Origin: Candidatus Subterrananammoxibius californiae
GTDB taxonomy: Bacteria; Planctomycetota; Brocadiia; Brocadiales; Subterrananammoxibiaceae
Direction: 5' to 3'
DNA length: 64,000 nt
Assembly (NCBI GenBank): GCA_030586555.1
Contig: JAURAC010000002.1
Coordinates: 64,001-128,000, forward strand
The notes beneath the pieces are model-generated. The model was not told where the DNA came from. It searched no databases and worked only from the letters and a program-made list of their open reading frames with translations. Below are positions 48,340-58,581 of the stretch, one piece after another. Position 1 is the first letter of the stretch, and each line of letters starts with the position of its first letter. Both the position numbers and the translations under genes were made by a program.

Positions 48340-49143
48340 TCATATTCTACGGAGTGATTCCCTGAAACGTCCGAACCTTCCTTTATCAACATTCCGCAGG
48401 AAAGTTATCAGATACTGAACCTCTGGTAAAATGTCATCTTCAGCCTCAAGCTCATCCAAAACCTTACTGCGATTCAGGATTTCGGGTCTAAATATTCTAC
48501 GAAAGGCATCTTCTAATGCATCTATCCGTTCTTTAGAAAAGCCGCCCCTTTCCAACCCAATCACGTTAACCTGCCGTACCTTTGCCGGATTGCCCTCGAC
48601 AATCATATAGGGAGGAACGTCTTGAACAATCCTCGCAAGGCCACCTACATAGGCATACTGGCCAATAGTAACAAATGGCTGGATGCCAACGAGGCCCATA
48701 AGTTTGGCGTTCTTTTCAATCTTTATATGACCGCCGAGAAGCGTCCCATTTGTTAACAGCACATTATCTTCTATAATACAATCATGTGCAACGTGGCAAC
48801 AAGCCATTAAGAAATTACCATTGCCAATGACCGTTTCCCCACCGCCGAATTCTGTACCTGTATTTATAGTAACGCACTCACGAATAACATTGTTGTCCCC
48901 TATGATAAGCCTTGTTTGCTCCCCGTGATATTTTAAGTCCTGAGGTTCTGACCCCACGACGGCATTGGGAAATATTACATTATCTTTCCCAATGATGGTG
49001 TTACCATTTACAGTGACATTGTTTTTTATGACGGTTCCATCACCGATTTTTACATGCTCATCAATAACAGAAAAAGGACCAACCTCAACGTCACTGCCCA
49101 ACTCGGCATGTGGATGAACGCAAGCGTACTTATGTATTTTCAT
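48340..49143 (-). CDS. lpxA: UDP-N-acetylglucosamine acyltransferase
   Basis: Hexapeptide repeats, PQDLKY, HVAHDC, QDVPPY. Confidence 0.95.
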   Translation of the reverse strand: MKIHKYACVHPHAELGSDVEVGPFSVIDEHVKIGDGTVIKNNVTVNGNTIIGKDNVIFPNAVVGSEPQDLKYHGEQTRLIIGDNNVIRECVTINTGTEFGGGETVIGNGNFLMACCHVAHDCIIEDNVLLTNGTLLGGHIKIEKNAKLMGLVGIQPFVTIGQYAYVGGLARIVQDVPPYMIVEGNPAKVRQVNVIGLERGGFSKERIDALEDAFRRIFRPEILNRSKVLDELEAEDDILPEVQYLITFLRNVDKGRFGRFRESLRRI

Positions 49144-50012
49144 TGTGCCACTTCGGCTATCTTTTTTGCCATCAAGGCGTTCAGGGCATGACCCGATTTG
49201 AATGCAATGATATGGCCACGTAAAGTAACACTTGTCAGATAAAGGTCTCCGATAAGGTCAAGAACCTTGTGTCTGATACATTCGTCTGGGAACCTCAAAT
49301 GGGCAGGAGTCATGCTAAGCGGCTTGGTAATCCTACCATCTTCATGCACAACAAGGCTGTTATCATCTGTAACGCCCTTCCCAAGCCCGAGTTTTCTAAA
49401 CTCTTCAATATATTTGCTAAGAATAAATGTCCTGGCTGGAGCGATTTCTTCCATGAAGTTTACCTCGTCTAATTCGATATTGTAACATTGATTATGCAGG
49501 AAAGCCCCGTCAAAATCGAGTACGTATGATAATAAAAATCCCTTATCATAAGGTAAGGCGCTAATGCTTGTATCGCCTTTCTTTACAGTTATCGGATGAA
49601 CCACCGCAAAGATTTTTTTTGGTTCATTTTGTTCTAATGTTCCGGCATCTTTAATCAATTCGGTAAATATTCTGGAACTGCCGTCTCCCGCTGGTATCTC
49701 GCATCCATCGAGTTCTATTGAGAGATTATCTATCCCCATGCCAGCCAGTGCAGCCATTAAATGCTCGACGCACTGAACTTCAGCCCCGTTCTTTTTCAAC
49801 AGGATACGACGTGAGAGGTCTGAAAGGAACCCTACAGATGCCGGTATTGTTGGGCGGTTTGGAAGGTCGGTACGAATAAATTTTATACCAGTATTCGCTG
49901 CATCTGGATTTAAACGTAGACTAACACTTTCGCCAGTAAAGAGGCCCTTCCCGGAAAATTTAACAACCTTCTTGATTGTTCTTTGAGGGTCAATCAAGCT
50001 ATTTTTCCTCAA
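49140..50012 (-). CDS. lpxC: UDP-3-O-acyl-GlcNAc deacetylase
   Basis: QRTI, VEHLMAAL, IAPARTF, RHKVLDLIGDL, GHALN. Confidence 0.95.
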   Translation of the reverse strand: MRKNSLIDPQRTIKKVVKFSGKGLFTGESVSLRLNPDAANTGIKFIRTDLPNRPTIPASVGFLSDLSRRILLKKNGAEVQCVEHLMAALAGMGIDNLSIELDGCEIPAGDGSSRIFTELIKDAGTLEQNEPKKIFAVVHPITVKKGDTSISALPYDKGFLLSYVLDFDGAFLHNQCYNIELDEVNFMEEIAPARTFILSKYIEEFRKLGLGKGVTDDNSLVVHEDGRITKPLSMTPAHLRFPDECIRHKVLDLIGDLYLTSVTLRGHIIAFKSGHALNALMAKKIAEVAQ

Positions 50013-50622
50013 TCTGTTTAGAATGGCGGCTATTCAGAGCCTCTATCACTTTATCGGTTACATCAAGAGCGTCGGAATAGTACAACACCGTGCCTATGCC
50101 AATCTTCAACCGCAATTCCAAAATATCGGCGCTTTTTAATTCAAGGTCTTCTTTTTTAAGGATGATATCAAAACTCTCTTTTTTACCAAGATTATCAATT
50201 TCTTTGCATACGTCCTGATAAAGCTCCTCAAAAATTTCTTTTTCCTTTCTGCTCAAGTTAGTTTCTGCCATCTTTTCTTCGAGCTGGTAGTATAACATCT
50301 TTTTTTCAAGTGTTTCTTCATTTTTCCTTCTGCTTTCGCTTCCCATATCGAGGAGTTGTACTTCTTCCCGCAGGCTTTTAATCTCGCCCTGTTTTTGCCT
50401 TAATTGCTGTTCGGTTTGTGTCTTTGCGGCCATAAACTGCTTTTCAAGTTCTTTTCGTTTTTCGTACTTATCAAGAACCCGATTGATATTTACCACCCCT
50501 ATCTTTTGTTGTGAGGTTTCCTCAGGAACATCCTTTGCAAAAGAAACACTTGAGGACAAGATACCTGCCGATAATACAAGAAAAAAATATTTAATAAATT
50601 TTACACACCCCTTTTTTTTCAA
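49999..50622 (-). CDS. skp: Skp/OmpH periplasmic chaperone
   Basis: Signal peptide, KIGVVN, coiled coil, DVTDKVI; after bamA. Confidence 0.88.
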   Translation of the reverse strand: MKKKGCVKFIKYFFLVLSAGILSSSVSFAKDVPEETSQQKIGVVNINRVLDKYEKRKELEKQFMAAKTQTEQQLRQKQGEIKSLREEVQLLDMGSESRRKNEETLEKKMLYYQLEEKMAETNLSRKEKEIFEELYQDVCKEIDNLGKKESFDIILKKEDLELKSADILELRLKIGIGTVLYYSDALDVTDKVIEALNSRHSKQIEEK

Positions 50623-50662
50623 AACAATATTCTCCTTCCCTAATTAAGAATTAAGAAAATTT

Positions 50663-53044
50663 CTAAAACGTAGTTCCGCTTCCCATGTTGAAGCTGAGCG
50701 CCTGTGTATCATCACCCGGCTCTTTCATAAACGGGATACCATAATCCACTGCAATAACTGCTCGACCGAAGAACGGAATTACTATCCTGAAACCAAAACC
50801 AGCAGAGGCACGCATATTTGTAAGATTGAGGTCGCTTATTTCCTCGTCTGCTTTTCCGGTATCTACGAAGGTTACTACACGAAATATATCCTTATAAATG
50901 GGAATACTATACTCTGCTGACCCAAGTAAGAGTACGTTACCGCCTACTTGCTCATTATCTTCTATAGGGGAAACGCCTCTAAAACCAAACCCTCGTATAG
51001 ACCCATAACCTCCAGCGAAGTATCGTTCGAATATAGGAACGTCTTTAGACGGTGGTTCTGTACCTTGTACGCCAGTTGACTCTACAATACCAATAGTGCT
51101 GGAGATGGTTAAAATATGTTTACCCCAGTCAGGAAAATCAAAGACCGTAAAATACTTGCTTCCATAGATAGTTGACCTGGCTATGTTTACATCCATAGCA
51201 GTTGCTTCGAATGAAGCGCCAACTTCATACCCCTTAGTTGGCAAATAATAATTGTCTCTTTTATCGTATGTAAACCTTAGTTCGAGACCCAGCCTGTTAA
51301 ATTCACCCTCCGCACTTTTAACGGTAAAAGGCGCATCATCGGCAACGTTTGTTATTTTCATTAATTCGTAGCCAGGGGTGATTTTCAGCGTTAAATCCTT
51401 AAAAATCTCCTTTCCAACAGTAACCCTTCCACCCTTCCTGTCTTCATCGTAGCTTTCCCTGACCCTTTTATAAAGAAAGAAGTTTAACCCGAAGTTGTAA
51501 GTAGAATCAAATACGGCGGGGTTAAAGAAGGAAAATACAGCCTCCTGCCTGAATACACCGGGACTAAACCTTAGTGTCACTACATGACCTGCACCACGAA
51601 ATGCATTACCTGAAATAAAGTCATGGAAATTTTTTGGGAAATCGAGGACATCAAAATTTCTATCGGAATATGAAATATCACCAAATGGTCCTACGTTTGC
51701 CCCGTACCCGCCGCCAAACCTTAAAAGCCCCGTTTGTCCTTCCTTGACATCAAGCAGAATGTCAACATTATCCGGTCTTGGCCCAGACTCAAAGCTGATA
51801 CTCGTAGGCTCTCCTGACTGCACATCAAAGAAACCTGTGTTTAAAAGCCTTCGGTGTGCGTCACGAATTCGTTCAGTATCTATTCGGTCGCCAGGATAGA
51901 AATTCAACTCACGTCTTATTACGTTATCCTTTGTCCTATCATTCCCTGATATTTTTATCTTATTAATATAAAATCTGTCATTTTCCACTATATCATAGGT
52001 AATGTCTACTTTAGCCTTCTCAGGGGTAAAGAATCGTTTCGGCTCGACGTTTGCCTTTAAGAAACCCTGCCCGCCATAGAGGAATTTAATCTGCCTGGTG
52101 TCATCTTCGAACTTTTCCTTTAAGAACGGGTCGCCTTCTTTTAATTTCAAAAGTACTCTCAATTCACTACGTGAAAAGATTGTATTGCCCTTTATTGTAA
52201 TAATGTCAACATAGTACCTTTCCCCTTCATCTATGTGAAATGTAATAGTTATCTCTGTTTTATCTGCGCTATATTTTACTTCACCTCTTACAGCGGTATC
52301 CAGCCACCCCTCTTTGTTATAGTATTCCTTGAGTTTGTCAATATCGCTTTCAAATTCTTTACTTTTAAATTTTCCTGGAAAGAGTATAGAAGGAAACCGC
52401 CTTGCGCGTGACTTTATCTGTTTTTTGAGTTTTTTGCTCTTAACGGATTTATTACCATCAAATACTATCTTTGCGATACGGACCTTAGAACCTTCATTAA
52501 TGACAAATGTAACTACTGCGTCACCATCGGTAATCTTAACATCGCTTTTAATCTCGGCAAAATGATACCCCTTTTCGACATAAAGATTCTTAAGCTTGGC
52601 TTCATCCAGCTTTAAGAGATAATACTTTAAATATTCCTTTTCTTTCAGTTCTATTGCACCTTTAAGTTTTTTCTTTGATAGCTTTTTGTTGCCCTGGAAT
52701 ACTATTTCTTTAATTACTGCTCGTTCGGTTAAAAGGAAGATGAGTTTTAAGCCATCTTCAAAGTCTTCTAATTTTACCTCAATATTATCGAAAAACCCCA
52801 TTGCCCAGATTGCATCCACATCCTGGCTTACTATCTCCGGGCTATATACATCGCCTTCTTTAACCCTTGTAGCAGCCTTAATAGCGGCGGTGCTAATCCT
52901 CTTATTACCCCTGACCTCTATCTTTCGTATAATCTTGCCTTCTACTCCTTGAACATAAAGTGGCACATAGCAGATTATCGATAGGGCCATGATAAGAGTA
53001 ACAACTAAGCACCACTTCTGAAGGAGTACGTGGCGTACCTTCAT
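50663..53044 (-). CDS. bamA: Outer membrane protein assembly factor BamA
   Basis: POTRA repeats, SIRGF motif, C-terminal Phe. Confidence 0.95.
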   Translation of the reverse strand: MKVRHVLLQKWCLVVTLIMALSIICYVPLYVQGVEGKIIRKIEVRGNKRISTAAIKAATRVKEGDVYSPEIVSQDVDAIWAMGFFDNIEVKLEDFEDGLKLIFLLTERAVIKEIVFQGNKKLSKKKLKGAIELKEKEYLKYYLLKLDEAKLKNLYVEKGYHFAEIKSDVKITDGDAVVTFVINEGSKVRIAKIVFDGNKSVKSKKLKKQIKSRARRFPSILFPGKFKSKEFESDIDKLKEYYNKEGWLDTAVRGEVKYSADKTEITITFHIDEGERYYVDIITIKGNTIFSRSELRVLLKLKEGDPFLKEKFEDDTRQIKFLYGGQGFLKANVEPKRFFTPEKAKVDITYDIVENDRFYINKIKISGNDRTKDNVIRRELNFYPGDRIDTERIRDAHRRLLNTGFFDVQSGEPTSISFESGPRPDNVDILLDVKEGQTGLLRFGGGYGANVGPFGDISYSDRNFDVLDFPKNFHDFISGNAFRGAGHVVTLRFSPGVFRQEAVFSFFNPAVFDSTYNFGLNFFLYKRVRESYDEDRKGGRVTVGKEIFKDLTLKITPGYELMKITNVADDAPFTVKSAEGEFNRLGLELRFTYDKRDNYYLPTKGYEVGASFEATAMDVNIARSTIYGSKYFTVFDFPDWGKHILTISSTIGIVESTGVQGTEPPSKDVPIFERYFAGGYGSIRGFGFRGVSPIEDNEQVGGNVLLLGSAEYSIPIYKDIFRVVTFVDTGKADEEISDLNLTNMRASAGFGFRIVIPFFGRAVIAVDYGIPFMKEPGDDTQALSFNMGSGTTF

Positions 53045-53047
53045 TGA

Positions 53048-54391
53048 TTACCCTGGGTAGGCAAGACTCTCAAAACGCATGAACTCTTTTAAAAAGGTAA
53101 GTTTCACAGTACCAGTAGGACCATTCCTCTGCTTGGCAATAATAATTTCTGAAACACCGGGATTTTTCGCAGGTTTTTCCTCGGTGGCGTAATATTCCTC
53201 TCTGAATAGTAGCATGATTACATCCGCATCCTGCTCTATAGAGCCCGATTCGCGCAAATCAGACATCCTTGGTTTGTTGTCCTCTCTCGATTCTACAGCC
53301 CTGTTCAGTTGCGAGACGGCTATTATCGGTATCCCAAGTTCCCTGGCAAGAGACTTTAGACCGCGTGAAATAACAGAAATCTCTTGCTGCCTGTTTTCAG
53401 CTCTCGGGGCTTCCATAAGCTGCATATAATCAACAACTATAAACTGAATATCATGGCGGGACTTTAGCCTTCTTGCCTTTGCCTTCAACTCAAGGATGGA
53501 GAGCCCGGGAGTATCATCTATGTATATTTCTCCTTCTGAAAGCGTACCCATTGCAAGCGAAAGCTGGCTCCACTCATGGTCTTTAAGGAAACCCCTTCGC
53601 AAACTATGTGCATTAATCCTTGCACATGAGCAAAGCATATTTTGCGCTATCTGATTTGAAGACATTTCTAAGGAAAATAGCACAACAGGTTTGTTTTCTA
53701 CAATGCCAATGTGTTGCAAAATGTTTAAGGCAAGACTTGTTTTACCCATACTCGGTCTGCCAGCCACAATTATTAATTCTGATGGCTGCAGCCCGCATGT
53801 CATATCATCAAGGTCTGCATAACCAGTAGATAGACCGGTAAGCCTGCCCTTCTTATCGTGATATTTTTCTATCTGATCAAAGACTGGTTTGAGAATTTCA
53901 CTCAGTTCGGTTGAGGGGGCAGAGATTTTTCTCTTGCCAACTTCAAAAACCAAACTTTCTGCCTTATCGAGTAATGTATCAGAATCGTACGCTTCTTCGT
54001 AAGAGTCTTTTTGTATCTTTACGGCCGCATCAATCAAGCTTCTTTTTACAGCCTTTTCCTGAACAATCCGCGCATAGTATTCTATATTTGCAGCAGTGGG
54101 TACGGATTCCTCCAAATCCAATAAATACTCTATACCGCCAACCTTCTCCAGCAGTGAGCGCTTATTAAGCTCTTCTTTCAAAATGACCGGATCAACCGCC
54201 CTGTTTCTATCATAAAGGTCAACAATCGTTTGAAAGAGCTCCTGATGTGCCGTCTTGTAGAAACTATCCCTGGAGAGCATTTGCACTGCAAGATTAACCG
54301 TGTCATTATCGAGTAACATTGAACCAAGCACACCAACCTCAGCATCAATATTTTGTGGTGGTGTTCGTTCTAATAATAGCTCAGCACTCAT
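53048..54391 (-). CDS. dnaB: Replicative DNA helicase
   Basis: AGRPSMGKT, SQLNR, DLRESGSIEQDAD, KQRNGP. Confidence 0.97.
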   Translation of the reverse strand: MSAELLLERTPPQNIDAEVGVLGSMLLDNDTVNLAVQMLSRDSFYKTAHQELFQTIVDLYDRNRAVDPVILKEELNKRSLLEKVGGIEYLLDLEESVPTAANIEYYARIVQEKAVKRSLIDAAVKIQKDSYEEAYDSDTLLDKAESLVFEVGKRKISAPSTELSEILKPVFDQIEKYHDKKGRLTGLSTGYADLDDMTCGLQPSELIIVAGRPSMGKTSLALNILQHIGIVENKPVVLFSLEMSSNQIAQNMLCSCARINAHSLRRGFLKDHEWSQLSLAMGTLSEGEIYIDDTPGLSILELKAKARRLKSRHDIQFIVVDYMQLMEAPRAENRQQEISVISRGLKSLARELGIPIIAVSQLNRAVESREDNKPRMSDLRESGSIEQDADVIMLLFREEYYATEEKPAKNPGVSEIIIAKQRNGPTGTVKLTFLKEFMRFESLAYPG

Positions 54392-54462
54392 GTCCCAACC
54401 TCCATCATTTTAGTTCATAGTTCATAGTTAATAGCCATAAGCTATCAGCTACGAGCCATGAG

Positions 54463-54948
54463 CTACGAGCTTTTTATCTCCGTGCCAGCCTCCTCACTTT
54501 CCCTTATAACCCAAACCTTGCATTGGGTTTGTATTTCGGGATGAAGACTGATTGGCACATTATAAACATCGCATTGCTTGATAGGGCTTTCAAGCAAAAT
54601 CATTTCTTTTTCGATAGGATAGCCCTCTTTTTTAAGCATTTCAACAATCTGTTCTGCCGTTACTGAGCCAAATAGCCTTCCTTCTTCATTCGCCTTTGCA
54701 TTTATCGTGATAGAACATTCCGAAAGCTTCTCGGCAACCGCTTGGAGTTTTTCCTTTTCTTCTTTTACTTTTGTTTCATATTTTTTCTTTGCAATATCTA
54801 TCTGTTTTAAATTTGTTGGGTTAACCGTTGTTGCAAACCCTCTCGGCAATAGATAATTTCTTGCATACCCCTCAGCTACATTTACAACCTCACCCATTCT
54901 ACCAAGTTTTATAACATCCTTCTTTAGTAAAACATCCATAAATAGCAC
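54463..54948 (-). CDS. rplI: 50S ribosomal protein L9 (start may be 54939)
   Basis: GYARNYLLP, LFGSVT. Confidence 0.96.
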   Translation of the reverse strand: MLFMDVLLKKDVIKLGRMGEVVNVAEGYARNYLLPRGFATTVNPTNLKQIDIAKKKYETKVKEEKEKLQAVAEKLSECSITINAKANEEGRLFGSVTAEQIVEMLKKEGYPIEKEMILLESPIKQCDVYNVPISLHPEIQTQCKVWVIRESEEAGTEIKSS

Positions 54949-54995
54949 CTTCCCTCCGAGTAGAGACGAGAGCGCACTTGCGTCTCTACGTAGTA

Positions 54996-55256
54996 TTACC
55001 CCACATAAGGCATTAAAGCCATAAATCTTGCCCTTTTTATTGCAATCTTAGCGAAGCGCTGATGGGTAGCGCAATTCCCGGAACGCTTTCTTGAGAATAG
55101 CTTACCCTGACCACTGGTAAGCTTTTGTAGATTTAGGATGTCTTTGTAGTCAATACCTTTCATAGTCATCTTGCAAAAGCGGCACTTTCGTACCTCTGTG
55201 TACCTTTTCTTCGCAGTAATTTGTTTCTTCTTCTTCTTACCAAATAACTTCTTCAT
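54996..55256 (-). CDS. rpsR: 30S ribosomal protein S18 (Zn-binding type)
   Basis: CRFC, IDYKD, CATHQR, AIKRARFMALMPY. Confidence 0.96.
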   Translation of the reverse strand: MKKLFGKKKKKQITAKKRYTEVRKCRFCKMTMKGIDYKDILNLQKLTSGQGKLFSRKRSGNCATHQRFAKIAIKRARFMALMPYVG

Positions 55257-55287
55257 GAAATACGCTCCGTTCTACATAATATTTTTA

Positions 55288-55728
55288 TCAAAATGGGATT
55301 TCGTCATCACTAACATCTTCCCTCACGACCTCTGGACCGGCTTCGACAGGTGCTATATCGCCCTGAGGGACTGCCTGCCGTTCTGACGAAGCCTTCACCC
55401 TGTCGCCTACAAACTGAAAGTCTTCGACCACTACACTTAACTTGTTCTGTTTTTGACCGTCTTTCGTTTCCCACTGACGAAACTGCAATCTCCCCTCAAT
55501 AAAGATTGGTTTGCCCTTACTAAAATATTTATTTATCACCTCAGCCCGCTTGCCAAAGATACTTACATCTACGAAACATGTTTCTTTCTTTTGCTCACCT
55601 TCGGGGCTATTCCATACTCTATTGACTGCAATTCCAAAACTTGCCACTGCCGCCCCATTAGGGGTATAACGCAGTTCAGGGTCTCTGGTAAGATTACCCA
55701 TTAAAAAAACCTTATTTAGGTTTCCCAT
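55288..55728 (-). CDS. ssb: Single-stranded DNA-binding protein
   Basis: NKVFLMGNLTRDPELRY; DDEIPF tail. Confidence 0.97.
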   Translation of the reverse strand: MGNLNKVFLMGNLTRDPELRYTPNGAAVASFGIAVNRVWNSPEGEQKKETCFVDVSIFGKRAEVINKYFSKGKPIFIEGRLQFRQWETKDGQKQNKLSVVVEDFQFVGDRVKASSERQAVPQGDIAPVEAGPEVVREDVSDDEIPF

Positions 55729-55756
55729 ATATTAACCCTTGATTGCAGCAAAAGAT

Positions 55757-56173
55757 TTAAGAGATTTCTTCTATTTCAACTTCTTCTAACCCTTCAAAAA
55801 CAGTGGAAGGACCCTTTGTCTCGCTTTTTACGGTAGTTTCTTCTACTACCTCAGGGCGAAGAACTTCTAATCCAAGGTCCCTGATTATCAAACTCCGCAA
55901 TATAGTCTCTGATAGCAAGCAGTCCTGCTTTATGGGCGTAATTGCACCAGTGGGAGCGTTGAAACGAATAAGGAGATATGTACCCCGCTTTTGTCCCTTA
56001 ATTTTATAAGCAAGCTTTCTTTCTCCCCACTTTTCGGTAGAAACAACCTCCGCATTGTGTTTTTGTAATATTTCATGCACCTGCTTAATGACCGCATCCC
56101 AGTCTTTGTTAGCATAAGTATTATCTATTAGAAACATGCCTTCGTATTTTCTCGTAATATGTGGCGCAACCAC
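55757..56173 (-). CDS. rpsF: 30S ribosomal protein S6
   Basis: KYEGMF, WGERKLAYKI. Confidence 0.95.
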   Translation of the reverse strand: MVAPHITRKYEGMFLIDNTYANKDWDAVIKQVHEILQKHNAEVVSTEKWGERKLAYKIKGQKRGTYLLIRFNAPTGAITPIKQDCLLSETILRSLIIRDLGLEVLRPEVVEETTVKSETKGPSTVFEGLEEVEIEEIS

Positions 56174-56270
56174 TCTCTTTTCTTCCTCCTATCTATTTGG
56201 GAAATCTTGATAGCAAAAGCAAGTCAACCATACCAAAGGCGTGTGTGCATGCACTCGCTTTTGCCTTCTC

Positions 56271-56864
56271 CTAATTAAAAACGTTCATACAGCTCTCTAT
56301 ACCTGTGGTAACCCATGTATCAATAGCATGGCAGGCTTTATCAATTGCTTGATTAATAATTTCTTTTTCATCCTCAGTAAAATGAGTGAGGACGTATTCC
56401 TTTGCATCCTTAACTACGGGTTGGCCAATACCGATTCTCAATCTCGGGAATCCAGAGCCCACATAGTGCGCGATGGATTCAAGACCATTATGTCCACCAC
56501 TGCTGCCCTTTTCCCGTATCCGTATCTTTCCAACAGGAAGATTAAGGTCATCACAAACGACCATTATCCTATTCAGAGGGCAACCGTAGTATGCAACTAT
56601 TTTCCCCACTGATACACCACTAAGGTTGACGTATGTTTGAGGCTTTGAGATGAGAATTTTTTTTTCACCAATAAAGCCTTCACCAATAATAGCCTCAAAC
56701 TTCTTCTTGTTACAAGCTATTTCGCACTGCTCCGCCAACCTGTCTATCGTCATAAAACCAATATTGTGCCTGGTAGATATGTACTTTTTGCCAGGATTAC
56801 CCAGTCCAACAATAATCCTCAAATCCTGGCTAAAAGATTGGTTTAAATCGTTCTGAAATGCCAT
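56271..56864 (-). CDS. pth: Peptidyl-tRNA hydrolase
   Basis: GLGNPG, TRHNIGF, GGHNG, RLRIGIG. Confidence 0.97.
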   Translation of the reverse strand: MAFQNDLNQSFSQDLRIIVGLGNPGKKYISTRHNIGFMTIDRLAEQCEIACNKKKFEAIIGEGFIGEKKILISKPQTYVNLSGVSVGKIVAYYGCPLNRIMVVCDDLNLPVGKIRIREKGSSGGHNGLESIAHYVGSGFPRLRIGIGQPVVKDAKEYVLTHFTEDEKEIINQAIDKACHAIDTWVTTGIESCMNVFN

Positions 56865-56875
56865 GTTAAACCAGC

Positions 56876-57514
56876 TTATTTCCCCTCTTCTACCTCTTCC
56901 TCCTTTTCTACCTTTCTGGTAATTACCTCAGGCTCAGCCAGCGCCTCTTCTTCTGGCAATTTCTTTTCTTCCTCAGCCTTGCGGATAGTGACCACAATTC
57001 CCTCCGGGTCAGTCATCATTTTTGTATCCTCTGGAATCTTGACATCTTTGACAAAGATTGAACTTCCTAAGCCCAATTCTGTAACGTTCAGTCTTATTTT
57101 TTCAGGGATTGCCGTAGGCAGGCATTCTATCTTAACTTCCTTCATCTGGTGGTCTAATACGCCGCCGTCTTTAACCCCTGCGGCAAGGCCGTATAGTTCT
57201 ATGGGAATAGCCAATACCACACTCTTGTGAAGGTCAATGCGGGTAAAATCCACGTGCAGAATTTCCCTTCCGAATGGGTCATATTGAACGTCTTTGATGA
57301 GCACAGTTTCTGCTTTATCATCCCATTTTAAGTTCACCATTCGTGCCATAGAGCTAAGCGCTGCCTTTAGACCGGCGCCATTGAGGGTGAGCATTACATT
57401 CTCCCGCCCAAGCCCGTAAAGAACGCCCGGCACATTCCCACTTTTGCGCAAACGACGCATTAAACGGGTACCAGATTCGCTCCTTGGTAATGCCTGTAAA
57501 ATCAATGCCTCCAT
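56876..57514 (-). CDS. rplY: 50S ribosomal protein L25/Ctc
   Basis: RRLR..VPGVLYG, HVDF, GVKDGG. Confidence 0.95.
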   Translation of the reverse strand: MEALILQALPRSESGTRLMRRLRKSGNVPGVLYGLGRENVMLTLNGAGLKAALSSMARMVNLKWDDKAETVLIKDVQYDPFGREILHVDFTRIDLHKSVVLAIPIELYGLAAGVKDGGVLDHQMKEVKIECLPTAIPEKIRLNVTELGLGSSIFVKDVKIPEDTKMMTDPEGIVVTIRKAEEEKKLPEEEALAEPEVITRKVEKEEEVEEGK

Positions 57515-57536
57515 TTATCCCATTCCTTTCTTAAAA

Positions 57537-58541
57537 TTACATCAGACCAAACACCGGCTGAGTCTCAGGTGTTTCTGAAAACATAGAGCTCACCGATTCA
57601 TTAGTGTGAATCCTCCTGATAGCCTCTCCCAACAGCCCTGCGATTGAAAGAACTTTAATTTTGCTTCCAAGACCTTTACCTTTGCTATTTAAAGGGATTG
57701 AATCCGTTACGGCAATTTCCTTAATCGGTGCGGCTAATAACTTTTCCCCTGCAGAGCCGCAGAACACAGGGTGGGTTGCCCCAACATAAATATCCTTTGC
57801 CCCCTTATCTTTAAGGATTAATGCAGCCTGATAGATAGAACCCCCCGTTGCTATTAAGTCATCCAGGATTATTACGTTTTTATCCTTTACATCCCCAATA
57901 ATAAAGCCAATCTCCGTCTCTTCTGGTCCTGTCCTGCGTTTGTCAACAATAGCCAGTCTAACGTTGAGTTTCTTTGAATAAGCTCTGGCAATCTTTATCC
58001 CACCAACATCAGGCGTTACCACTACAAGGTCCGGCAAATTAAGATTTTGATAATAATTGCAAAGAACGGGAAACGCCAGGAGATGGTCAACAGGAACATC
58101 AAAAAAGCCCTGAATTTGTGCTGCATGAAGGTCTACAGTAAGCACCCTATCGGCACCCGCTTCAACTATAATATTGGCTACCAACTTTGCAGTAATTGGT
58201 ACCCTGCCCTCATCTTTTCTGTCCTTTCTTGCGTACCCATAATATGGCAGAACAGCAGTAATTCTGGCTGCCGATGCTCGCCTGAGGCAGTCCATAAACA
58301 TTAATAATTCTATCAAGTTCTCATTTACTGGCGGACATGTTGGCTGAATCAAAAATATGTCTACCCCACGAACATCTTCATTGACCTTCAAATCTATCTC
58401 TCCGTCCGGAAAACGCCCAACATAGGCATCGCCGAGAGGAATGGAAAGATATTCGCAAATCTTCTGCGCAAGGGGACGATTTGCATTTCCTGAAAATATC
58501 TTTATATTGTCCAACGATTCGAAGAATCTTTTTCTATCCAT
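57537..58541 (-). CDS. prs: Ribose-phosphate pyrophosphokinase
   Basis: FPDGE, PYYGYARKDRK, DLHAAQIQGFF, DDLIATGGS. Confidence 0.97.
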   Translation of the reverse strand: MDRKRFFESLDNIKIFSGNANRPLAQKICEYLSIPLGDAYVGRFPDGEIDLKVNEDVRGVDIFLIQPTCPPVNENLIELLMFMDCLRRASAARITAVLPYYGYARKDRKDEGRVPITAKLVANIIVEAGADRVLTVDLHAAQIQGFFDVPVDHLLAFPVLCNYYQNLNLPDLVVVTPDVGGIKIARAYSKKLNVRLAIVDKRRTGPEETEIGFIIGDVKDKNVIILDDLIATGGSIYQAALILKDKGAKDIYVGATHPVFCGSAGEKLLAAPIKEIAVTDSIPLNSKGKGLGSKIKVLSIAGLLGEAIRRIHTNESVSSMFSETPETQPVFGLM

Positions 58542-58581
58542 AATATTACCCCCCTGCCTTAAATTATGAATCGAACCTGCC

